Shown here: one piece after another, positions 36,504-44,101 of the stretch
How positions within the stretch are numbered: the first letter of the stretch is position 1
Layout: each line of letters starts with the position of its first letter
DNA from: Acidimicrobiia bacterium
GTDB taxonomy: Bacteria; Actinomycetota; Acidimicrobiia; Spongiisociales; UBA11373
NCBI GenBank assembly: GCA_035291545.1
Contig: DATDRW010000087.1
Coordinates: 1-62,401, forward strand
Length of the DNA: 62,401 bases
Reading direction: 5' to 3'
Made by a program: the position numbers and the translations under genes
Notes under the pieces: model-generated
Told to the model about the DNA's origin: nothing
What the model saw: the letters and a program-made list of their open reading frames with translations, nothing else
Databases searched by the model: none

Positions 36504-38440
36504 CCGAGCGCAGCACGATCCTGCGGCAGAACGTGCTGTTCTGGGGTGGCGTCGGCGGGCTCGCCGCGGTGTTCATATCCGCCATCGGCATGGTGGAGGT
36601 GTTCGACGGCCGCAAGGTGATCGACCCCTGGCTCAGCCTCGGCTACCTGCTGCTGCTGTGCATCCCGGCGGCAGTCGGCTTCCGGGTGTCGCGTCGGGTG
36701 GTGCTCGAGGGAGTGGCAGGCCCCGTCCCCGGCAAGCACGACATCGTGGCCGGGGCGGCGACCGGCGCCGTGACCGGCCTCGTGATGGCGGGATTCATCC
36801 TCCTCACCGACGCCTTCGATTTACGCGGCGTCTTGGTCAACGTGACCCCTGCTCTCCTCGATCTCCTCACCTTCGGGCAGGGGTCCGCCACCGGGGTGCT
36901 CATCATCGTCGGCCTGGGATCGGTGCTCGGCGCCTTCGGCGGGGCGATGCATCTGGTGCCGGCTCGCACCCGGTCGCTGGCACTGCGCGCCTTCCTGTGG
37001 GTGCTGCTCGTCGGGTTCGTCGAGCTACTGCTGGGGAACATGTTGCGGGAGGTGAGACTGGCGGCGGTCGATGACTACCTGTTCAACACGAGCCGTAGGG
37101 TGCCCTGGTACTCGGCGCTCACCGTCGCCGCCCTCGTCGTCGTCCCGAGTGTCCTCTTCCGGGGACGGTCACAGAAGCTGCGTGCCCGGTTCGTCGCGCT
37201 CTCGGCGCCGCGTCGTCGCCGCATCGGATTCCTGCTTGCGGCGGTCTTCGTCATCTTCGGGATGGTGGTCCCGGCGAACTTTGGGCCTCTCCTCAACGAG
37301 ATCATGACCACCGTCGGGCTGTTCATGCTGATGGGGCTCGGTCTGAACATCGTGGTCGGGTACGCCGGTCTGCTCGACCTGGGATACGTCGCCTTTTTTG
37401 CGGTCGGGGCGTATTCGACGGCAATCCTCGTGTCGGCATCGTCGCCGACCTTCACCCCCGAGCTCGCCTTTTTCTCCGCGGTTCCCTTCGTCATCCTGAT
37501 CGCGGCCTTGGCCGGCCTCGTAGTCGGCACCCCGGTGATCCGGATGCGCGGGGACTATCTGGCCATCGTGACCCTGGCATTCGGCGAGATCGCCCGGCTG
37601 GTTTTCCAGGCCGACTGGCTGAAGGGCGCCTTCGGGGGAGCGCAGGGCATCAAGGTCGATCCCGCCCGGATCCGGACGATGTTCGGGTACGTGCTGGTAG
37701 GCATCGGTCTGGTGGCGCTCATCGTCGGCGGGCTCCGGTGGTGGGCGGCACGATCGCTGGCACGGGAGCGGGGAGAACACGATTCCCGCGCCACCTCGGG
37801 CGCGGTCGTCGCGGTGCTCGGCATCGTCGCCATCGCAGTCGGTGTGGCGTTTCCCGACTTCGCCACCTGGACGGCACGCGGTATCGACACCGAGCAGATC
37901 TTCCGATTCGCCCTGGTCTTCGTCGTGATCGCCGCTTTCGTTTCGTGGCGCCTCGAGGATTCCCGGGTGGGTCGGGCGTGGATGGCGATGCGCGAGGACG
38001 AGCACGTCGCCGAGGCGATGGGCATCAACGTCGTCACCGCCAAGCTGGCGGCGTTCGTGACCGGCGCCGTGCTGGCGGCATTCGGCGGAGCCCTGTTCGC
38101 CATCAAGATCGGCACGATCTTTCCCGCGTCGTTCAAGATCGTGCAGTCGATCATCATCCTCGTGATCGTGATCGTCGGAGGCATGGGCAGCCTGCGCGGC
38201 GTCGCCCTGGGCGCCGTCGTCCTGATCGGGGTGCTCGGCGGGCCCAGCCAGCCCGGGATGTTGCGTGAGTTCGAGGAGTTCAAGCTGCTCATCTACGGGG
38301 TGCTGCTGGTCGTGATGATGCTGAAGCGCCCCGAGGGTCTCCTCCCCAGCGCCCGGCGCACGCGGGAACTCCACCAGGAGGAGTTCCTCCAGGATGCCTG
38401 GATCAAGGCCAAGGCCGACGAGATCGAGGAGCACGCCTGA
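36500..38440 (+). CDS. livM: Branched-chain amino acid ABC transporter permease (LivM-like) with about a 270-aa N-terminal membrane extension
   Basis: The LivM core starts near LNEIMTTVGLFMLMGLGLNIVVGYAGLLDLGYVAFFAVGAY. GTG 36500 overlaps the livH stop. The upstream track ORF (from 35564) is out of frame with the livH coding frame and Arg-rich. Confidence 0.82.
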   Translation: MTERSTILRQNVLFWGGVGGLAAVFISAIGMVEVFDGRKVIDPWLSLGYLLLLCIPAAVGFRVSRRVVLEGVAGPVPGKHDIVAGAATGAVTGLVMAGFILLTDAFDLRGVLVNVTPALLDLLTFGQGSATGVLIIVGLGSVLGAFGGAMHLVPARTRSLALRAFLWVLLVGFVELLLGNMLREVRLAAVDDYLFNTSRRVPWYSALTVAALVVVPSVLFRGRSQKLRARFVALSAPRRRRIGFLLAAVFVIFGMVVPANFGPLLNEIMTTVGLFMLMGLGLNIVVGYAGLLDLGYVAFFAVGAYSTAILVSASSPTFTPELAFFSAVPFVILIAALAGLVVGTPVIRMRGDYLAIVTLAFGEIARLVFQADWLKGAFGGAQGIKVDPARIRTMFGYVLVGIGLVALIVGGLRWWAARSLARERGEHDSRATSGAVVAVLGIVAIAVGVAFPDFATWTARGIDTEQIFRFALVFVVIAAFVSWRLEDSRVGRAWMAMREDEHVAEAMGINVVTAKLAAFVTGAVLAAFGGALFAIKIGTIFPASFKIVQSIIILVIVIVGGMGSLRGVALGAVVLIGVLGGPSQPGMLREFEEFKLLIYGVLLVVMMLKRPEGLLPSARRTRELHQEEFLQDAWIKAKADEIEEHA

Positions 38441-39231
38441 TGGCGTCACTGCTGGAGATCCGCGGGCTCACCAAGCAGTTCGGTGGTCTGCGCGCCCTGG
38501 GAGGGGTGGACTTCCGGGTCGAGCCGGGCGAGATCGTGAGCGTGATCGGCCCCAATGGTGCCGGCAAGACGACGTTCTTCAACACCATCAGCGGCCTCTA
38601 CCCCCCGGATTCGGGGGAGATCCTGTTCGAGGGGTCCGACGTGGCAGGCCTCAATCCCGACCAGATCACCCGCCGCGGTATCGCCCGCACGTTCCAGAAC
38701 GTCCGGCTGTTCCCCAACATGACGGTGCTGGAGAATGTGATGGTGGCCCAGCACTGCCGGACCACGAAAGGGATGTGGCCGGCCCTGTTCCAGACTCCCG
38801 GTTTCCGGCGGGAAGAGGCGGAGATCCGCGAGCGCGCCAGGGAGGTGCTCGGGTTCTTCGGAACCCGGCTCGTCGGGTACCGCTTCGACCAGCCGGCATT
38901 CGCACTCTCCTACGCCAACCGGCGCCGCCTCGAGATCGCCCGGGCGATAGCGACCCAGCCCAAGCTGCTCCTGCTCGACGAACCCACCGCAGGCATGAAC
39001 CCGCGCGAGACCCTCGAACAGACCGAGCTCATCGGCAAGCTGCGCTCGGAAAAGGGATTCACCGTCGTCGTCATCGAGCACGACATGAAGGTGGTGCGCA
39101 ACGTCTCCGATCGGGTGGTGGTGCTCGACCACGGCGTGAGGATCGCCGAGGGCTCCTACGAGGAGGTCTCCTCGAACGAGGACGTCATCGAGGCCTACCT
39201 CGGCCGCCCCGCCACCAAGGAGGGCGCGTGA
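38440..39231 (+). CDS. livG: Branched-chain amino acid ABC transporter ATP-binding protein (LivG-like)
   Basis: GPNGAGKTT, a C-terminal LivG-type extension, LLLDEPTAGMNP. Confidence 0.9.
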   Translation: MASLLEIRGLTKQFGGLRALGGVDFRVEPGEIVSVIGPNGAGKTTFFNTISGLYPPDSGEILFEGSDVAGLNPDQITRRGIARTFQNVRLFPNMTVLENVMVAQHCRTTKGMWPALFQTPGFRREEAEIRERAREVLGFFGTRLVGYRFDQPAFALSYANRRRLEIARAIATQPKLLLLDEPTAGMNPRETLEQTELIGKLRSEKGFTVVVIEHDMKVVRNVSDRVVVLDHGVRIAEGSYEEVSSNEDVIEAYLGRPATKEGA

Positions 39232-39956
39232 TGGCCGGAACCCCGGTTCTCCAGTTCCGCAACGTCGACACCCACTACGGACCGGTGCACGTCCTCAAGG
39301 ACGTCAACCTGGAGGTTCACGCCGGAGAGATCGTCTGCCTCCTCGGCGGCAATGCCTCCGGGAAGACGACGACGCTGAAGGCGGTCCTGGGAATGGTCAT
39401 CCCGTCTGCGGGTGACATCCTCCTCGACGGGGAGGTGGTGACCAACTGGTCGACGAGCGACCGGGTCCGCAAGGGCGTGTCGATGGTCCCGGAGAACCGC
39501 CGCCTGTTCAAGCGGATGACCGTGAAGGAAAACCTCGAGATCGGGGCGTTCCTGCGTGAAGACACCGAGAACCTCGAAGCCGATCTCGACCACATCTTCA
39601 CGTTGTTTCCCCGCGTCAAGGAGCGGATCAACCAGAAGGCGGGAACCCTCTCCGGTGGCGAGCAACAGATGGTGGCGGTCGGCCGGGCTCTGATGGCCCG
39701 CCCCAAGGTGCTGCTCATGGACGAGCCTTCGATGGGACTCGCCCCGGTGCTGGTGGCGCAGAACTTCGAGATCATCCAGCAGATCAACGAGGCGGGCACG
39801 ACGGTGTTCGTGGTCGAGCAGAACGCCAACATGGCGCTGTCGATCGCCGACCGCGGCTATGTGCTGCAGACCGGACAGATCGTGCTCGCCGACACCGCGC
39901 AGGGCCTGCTCGCCAATCCCGAGATGCGGACCGCGTACCTCGGCGAGGTGGAGTAG
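39231..39956 (+). CDS. livF: Branched-chain amino acid ABC transporter ATP-binding protein (LivF-like)
   Basis: GGNASGKTT, LSGGEQQM, LLMDEPSMGLAP. The ATG overlaps the livG stop (TGATG). Confidence 0.9.
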   Translation: MAGTPVLQFRNVDTHYGPVHVLKDVNLEVHAGEIVCLLGGNASGKTTTLKAVLGMVIPSAGDILLDGEVVTNWSTSDRVRKGVSMVPENRRLFKRMTVKENLEIGAFLREDTENLEADLDHIFTLFPRVKERINQKAGTLSGGEQQMVAVGRALMARPKVLLMDEPSMGLAPVLVAQNFEIIQQINEAGTTVFVVEQNANMALSIADRGYVLQTGQIVLADTAQGLLANPEMRTAYLGEVE

Positions 39957-39960
39957 GGAG

Positions 39961-40114
39961 GCTCCAGGCTCCAGGCACCAGGCACCAGTGCGGATCCGCA
40001 GCTGGTGTGGGTCTCTGCCATCTGCCATCTGCCATCCGTCATCTGCCATCTGTCATCTCCCTGGTACCTGACGCCTGGTGCCTCGTCTCTGGTCTCCGGT
40101 ACCATCCCCCGCCC
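39961..40114. repeat. Composite heptad element: 22 consecutive 7-nt registers filling the livF / M16-peptidase spacer
   Basis: GCTCCAG x2 + GCACCAG x2 (39961-39988); palindrome TGCGGATCCGCA (39989-40000); GCCATCT-type x6 (40017-40058); degenerate NCCTGGT-type x6 (40059-40100), which is the inverse of the first block. It is preceded by GAGTAGGGA (39951-39959). Confidence 0.9.
39983..40007 (+). terminator. Hairpin CACCAGTGCGGA / TCCGCA(G)CTGGTG just after livF
   Basis: 12-bp stem with one bulged G around the GGATCC centre, 27 nt after the livF stop. No U-tract. Confidence 0.35.
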
Positions 40115-41365
40115 ATGGATCACCAGCTCACCACGCTCCCCAACGGCCTACGGGTCATCACCGAGGCGATGCCTTCGGTGCGTTCGATCGCGGTCGGCGC
40201 CTGGGTGGACACCGGCAGCCGCGACGAGGTCGGCGTCGAGGCGGGTTGTTCCCACTTTCTCGAGCACCTCTTGTTCAAGGGGACCGAGGATCTCAGCGCC
40301 CAGGCCATCGCCGAGGGGTTCGACTCGGTGGGCGCCCGGAGCAACGCCTTCACCTCCAAGGAGTACACGTGTTTTTGGGCGCAACTGCGTGACGAGGACA
40401 TGCCGATGGGGTTGGGCCTCCTCGCCGAGATGATGCAGCGTCCGGCATTTCGCGCTGAGGAGATCGAATCGGAGCATCACGTGGTGCTCGAGGAGATCAA
40501 CATGAACGAGGACGACCCGTCCGACGTCGCCCACGACCAGTTCGCTCAGGCCCTTTGGGGTGAGCACGTACTCGCACTGCCCGTGCTCGGAACCCGGGAG
40601 AGCATCTCGGTGATGACCCGTGACGTCATCGCCGGCTACTGGCAGCGCCGTTACCACCCGGCCACCGTCGTCGTCGCCGCCAGCGGCAACCTGGAGCACT
40701 CGGCCGTCGTGGACCTCGTCTCCGATCAGTTTGGGGCGTGGACTGGCGGTACCGCCGATCACGAGTTCTCCAGGCCGAAGATCTCCTCGATCGTGAAGGT
40801 CGTCAGGCGCGACACCGAGCAGGCCCACCTCGTGATCGGGTCCGAGGCGCTCGATCGCGCCGATGAGCGTCGCTTCGCTTTCGGGATCCTCAACCACGTT
40901 CTCGGGGGCGGGATGTCGAGTCGTCTGTTCCGCGAGATCCGCGAGGAGCGGGGCCTCGCCTATGCGGTGTACTCGTTCCGCATGCCCTATGCCGACTCGG
41001 GCGCCTTCGGGGTGTACGTCGGTACCACTCCTCACCAGACGGCGCAGGTGCTGGAACTGGTCAGGGAGCAAATCGCCAAGGTGGTCGCCGAGGGCATCAC
41101 GCTCGACGAATTGGACCGCGCCAAGGGCTTCACCAAAGGGTCGGTGGCGCTTTCGATGGAGGACACCAACAGCCGCATGGTCCGTCTCGGCCGCCACGAG
41201 CTCACCGGCGTCGAGCATCTCTCCCTGGACGAGACCGTGGCGCGCATCGAGGCGGTGACACTGCAGGACGTCCACGGGGTGGCGACGGAAGTGCTCGGCG
41301 GTCCCTTCGTGATCGGAGCCGTCGGTCCGTTCGACGCGCTCGACCTGGAACGCTACGTGGCATGA
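40115..41365 (+). CDS. M16 family zinc peptidase (insulinase/PepR-like)
   Basis: LPNGLRVITE, an intact GCSHFLEHLLFKG (HxxEH), NAFTSKEYT. The ATG 40115 start avoids the heptad element. Confidence 0.88.
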   Translation: MDHQLTTLPNGLRVITEAMPSVRSIAVGAWVDTGSRDEVGVEAGCSHFLEHLLFKGTEDLSAQAIAEGFDSVGARSNAFTSKEYTCFWAQLRDEDMPMGLGLLAEMMQRPAFRAEEIESEHHVVLEEINMNEDDPSDVAHDQFAQALWGEHVLALPVLGTRESISVMTRDVIAGYWQRRYHPATVVVAASGNLEHSAVVDLVSDQFGAWTGGTADHEFSRPKISSIVKVVRRDTEQAHLVIGSEALDRADERRFAFGILNHVLGGGMSSRLFREIREERGLAYAVYSFRMPYADSGAFGVYVGTTPHQTAQVLELVREQIAKVVAEGITLDELDRAKGFTKGSVALSMEDTNSRMVRLGRHELTGVEHLSLDETVARIEAVTLQDVHGVATEVLGGPFVIGAVGPFDALDLERYVA

Positions 41366-42123
41366 CCCAGGTCGCCGTCTCCGGGGCGGGCGGGCGGATG
41401 GGCCGTCTCGTTGCCGAGACGGTCGCCGCCACGCCCGGCCTCACACTGGTGGCCGGGTTCGATCCGTCGCATGCCGGGGTGGCGGTGGGAGGCATCATGA
41501 TCTCCGCCGACCCCACGGTCGTGGGCGAGGCAGAGGTGGTCGTCGAGTTCACCACTCCCGCCGCGGTGCTGGGCAACCTGGCGACCTGGCGGGCTCACGG
41601 CGTGCATGCCGTGGTCGGCACCTCGGGGTTTGACGCGGCTCGTCTCGAGGCCGTGCGGACCGCATGGGGGAGCGGACCTCCGAACTGCCTGGTCGTCCCC
41701 AACTTCTCGATCGGAGCGGTGCTGATGATGCGGTTCGCAGAGATGGCGGCTCGTCACTTCTCGGCGTCCGAGATCATCGAACTGCACCACGATCGCAAGG
41801 TCGACGCGCCGTCCGGAACCGCTCTCAGCACCGCCGCCCGGATGCAGGCGGCGGGCGGGAGGCAGGAGCGACACGTCGAGTCGACCGAGCTGGTTCCCGG
41901 GGCACGGGGCGGAGACGCCGGACCGCGGGTGCACTCGGTGCGGCTTCCGGGACTGCTCGCCCACCAGGAGGTCATCCTTGGAAGCGAGGGCGAGACCCTC
42001 ACCATCCGCCACGACACCACCGACCGGATCTCCTTCATGCCGGGGGTGCTGCTGGCGGTGCGGTCCGTGGCCGCATTGCCGGATCCGGTGACGGTGGGGT
42101 TGGAGGGATTGCTGGGGCTCTGA
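41362..42123 (+). CDS. dapB: 4-hydroxy-tetrahydrodipicolinate reductase
   Basis: VAVSGAGGRMGR, and ELHHDRKVDAPSGTAL (DapB signature). The ATGA overlaps the upstream stop. Confidence 0.93.
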   Translation: MTQVAVSGAGGRMGRLVAETVAATPGLTLVAGFDPSHAGVAVGGIMISADPTVVGEAEVVVEFTTPAAVLGNLATWRAHGVHAVVGTSGFDAARLEAVRTAWGSGPPNCLVVPNFSIGAVLMMRFAEMAARHFSASEIIELHHDRKVDAPSGTALSTAARMQAAGGRQERHVESTELVPGARGGDAGPRVHSVRLPGLLAHQEVILGSEGETLTIRHDTTDRISFMPGVLLAVRSVAALPDPVTVGLEGLLGL

Positions 42124-42133
42124 GTCTTTCGTT

Positions 42134-42222
42134 CCCCGCCTCCCGCCTCCCGCCACCCGCCCGCAACCACCCGCCGTCTGGATCTGCGGGCAGCGGGAAG
42201 CGGGCAGCGGGAAGCGGGTGGC
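42134..42222. repeat. Inverted pair of heptamer arrays: NCCCGCC x5-6 (42134-42175) and GGGNRGC x5 (42188-42222)
   Basis: CCCCGCC TCCCGCC TCCCGCC ACCCGCC CGCAACC ACCCGCC ... GGGCAGC GGGAAGC GGGCAGC GGGAAGC GGGTGGC. The arms are imperfect reverse complements. The element fills the convergent spacer between the dapB stop and the thioredoxin-TPR stop. Confidence 0.88.
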
Positions 42223-42226
42223 CTCC

Positions 42227-43060
42227 TCAGAACAGCTCGTTCGCCAGGGCCCGGCGGTACACCACGGCGAGCGGGTGCTCCGGTCCGATCAGTCCGAACA
42301 CGTCGATCATCGCCCGGCGGGCGTGTTCGCGGAGCGGACCTCCCGTGCGCACCACTTCCAGCAGGTGATCGAGTCCCGGCTCGTACTCGCCTTTGGCAGC
42401 CAGCGCCTCTCCCAGCTCGAGGCGGGCGGCATGGTCGGCGGGATTCGCCGCGAGCCGGTGCTCCAGGGAGGTCAGATCGACCTCCGAGCGCGCGGCGACC
42501 CGGGCTGTCGCCTCGAGGCGCTCCACCTCGGCGGTGCGGGGGAGGCGCCCCAGGACGATGAGCGCCTCATCCGTCTCCTTGCGGGCGATGAGAAGAGAAG
42601 CGAGCGCGGTGGCGGCTTCGGTGTGATCGGGGACACCGGCGAGCACCTCGCGGTAGAGGGACTCGGCGCCGGCCTCATCACCCTCCAAAGACAGGTCACG
42701 CGCCCGATCCACCAGGAGGTCCCATCGCGAAGGGAGCATGGCATCGATCCAGGTGCGGACCTGTGTCTCCGGCTTGGCGCCGATGAAAGAAGCGACGGGC
42801 TGGCCGCCCTTGAAGGCGATGACGGTCGGAATCGACTGCACGCGGAACTGGGCTTGCAGCTCGCGGTTGGCGTCGACGTCGACCTTCACCAACACGAATC
42901 GTCCCTCGTAGTCGTCGGCGAGGCGCTCGAGGATGGGACCGAGCACCTTGCACGGCCCACACCACTCCGCCCAGAAGTCGACGACGACGGGGACCTCATG
43001 GCTGCGCTGCAGCACCTCCGGGCCGAACTGGCTCTGATCGATGTCTCTCACGTGGGGCAT
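42227..43060 (-). CDS. Thioredoxin domain plus TPR-like co-chaperone (YbbN/CnoX-like)
   Basis: VVVDFWAEWCGPCK (active CxxC) followed by a helical repeat C-terminal domain; 277 aa. Confidence 0.85.
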   Translation of the reverse strand: MPHVRDIDQSQFGPEVLQRSHEVPVVVDFWAEWCGPCKVLGPILERLADDYEGRFVLVKVDVDANRELQAQFRVQSIPTVIAFKGGQPVASFIGAKPETQVRTWIDAMLPSRWDLLVDRARDLSLEGDEAGAESLYREVLAGVPDHTEAATALASLLIARKETDEALIVLGRLPRTAEVERLEATARVAARSEVDLTSLEHRLAANPADHAARLELGEALAAKGEYEPGLDHLLEVVRTGGPLREHARRAMIDVFGLIGPEHPLAVVYRRALANELF

Positions 43061-43106
43061 TTCACCATCCAGAACGATACAAACGCGTTCGCCATTCCGA
43101 GACTAG

Positions 43107-43176
43107 GCAGCCGAGCTTGCAGCCTGCAGCCTGCAGCCCCGGTGTCGCGGCTGCACGCTGCAGGCTGCACGCTGGC
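43107..43176. repeat. Inverted pair of heptamer arrays: GCAGCCT-type x4 (43107-43139) and SGCTGCA x4 (43149-43176)
   Basis: GCAGCCG..GCAGCCT GCAGCCT GCAGCCC, spacer CGGTGTCGC, then GGCTGCA CGCTGCA GGCTGCA CGCTGGC. About 21 bp of the arms pair with one mismatch. It lies in the divergent spacer between the thioredoxin-TPR gene and dapA. Confidence 0.88.
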
Positions 43177-43216
43177 GACCCCCGAGTCCACTACCGTCAT
43201 GGTTACAGGAGGTTCC

Positions 43217-44101
43217 ATGACCGCTCCATTCGGGCGGGTCCTCACCGCCATGATCACGCCGTTCGACGCCGAAGGCGCCGTCGACGTCCAGGCGGCGTGG
43301 GACCTCGCCCGCCACCTCGTCGAAGAGGGCTCGGACGGTGTCGTCGTCGCCGGTACGACGGGCGAGTCGCCCACGCTGTCCGCCGACGAGAAGGTGATGC
43401 TGTTCCGTACGGTGGTCGAGGCAGTGGGAGATCGAGCCGTCGTCGTCGCCGGGACCGGCACCTACGACACGGCCGAGTCGGTCCACCTCACCAAGCTTGC
43501 AGCGGAGGCCGGTGTGCACGGGGTGATGGCCGTGACTCCCTACTACTCACGACCCCCGCAGCAGGGGCTGTTCGAGCACTTCAGCGCGATCGCCGACGCC
43601 TCGTCGGTGCCGGTTCTCCTCTACAACATCCCCTCGAGAACCGGGCGACTCATCGAGGTGCCGACGCTCGCCAGGCTGGCGTCGCATCCCCGGATCGCGG
43701 CGGTCAAAGACGCGGTCGGGGACCTGGCGTTCACCACCAAGACAATGCAATCCTGCGGCGGCTCGCTCACGATCTACTCCGGTGACGACATCCTCACCCT
43801 CCCCATGATGTCGGTGGGTGCGGTCGGGGTCGTGTCGGTCGCTTCCCATCTCGCCGGCAGGCAGATCAAGGCCATGGTGGAGGCCGCCGCCGGCGGAAAC
43901 TGGGACGAGGCGCGGCGGCTGCACCTCGCCCTCGCCCCGCTCTTCGCCGCGTGCTTCCTGGAGCCCAACCCGATTCCGGTGAAGGCTGCGGTCGACGCCC
44001 TGTGGAAGCCGGTCGGGCGACCCCGGCTGCCGCTCGTGCCGGCCGCGGCCGAGACGGTCGCCGCCATCAAGGAGGCGCTGGCCGCGGCCAGGGCGGGATG
44101 A
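43217..44101 (+). CDS. dapA: 4-hydroxy-tetrahydrodipicolinate synthase
   Basis: AGTTGESPTL, YNIPSRTG, and AAVKDA (Schiff-base Lys). AGGAGG lies 6 nt upstream of ATG 43217. Confidence 0.93.
   Translation: MTAPFGRVLTAMITPFDAEGAVDVQAAWDLARHLVEEGSDGVVVAGTTGESPTLSADEKVMLFRTVVEAVGDRAVVVAGTGTYDTAESVHLTKLAAEAGVHGVMAVTPYYSRPPQQGLFEHFSAIADASSVPVLLYNIPSRTGRLIEVPTLARLASHPRIAAVKDAVGDLAFTTKTMQSCGGSLTIYSGDDILTLPMMSVGAVGVVSVASHLAGRQIKAMVEAAAGGNWDEARRLHLALAPLFAACFLEPNPIPVKAAVDALWKPVGRPRLPLVPAAAETVAAIKEALAAARAG

Noticed and set aside
40005-40114. ORF starts inside the heptad element (MWVSAICHLPSVICHLSS..., MGLCHLPSAIRHLPSV...)
   Set aside because: The peptide repeats are produced by a 7-nt DNA period read in several frames. 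The M16 peptidase aligns from MDHQLTTLPNGLRV at ATG 40115.
39961-40114. Possible CRISPR array (also considered for 30420-30489 and 42134-42222)
   Set aside because: The units are 7 nt and contiguous. There are no 25-40 nt repeats separated by unique spacers, and there are no cas genes in the window.
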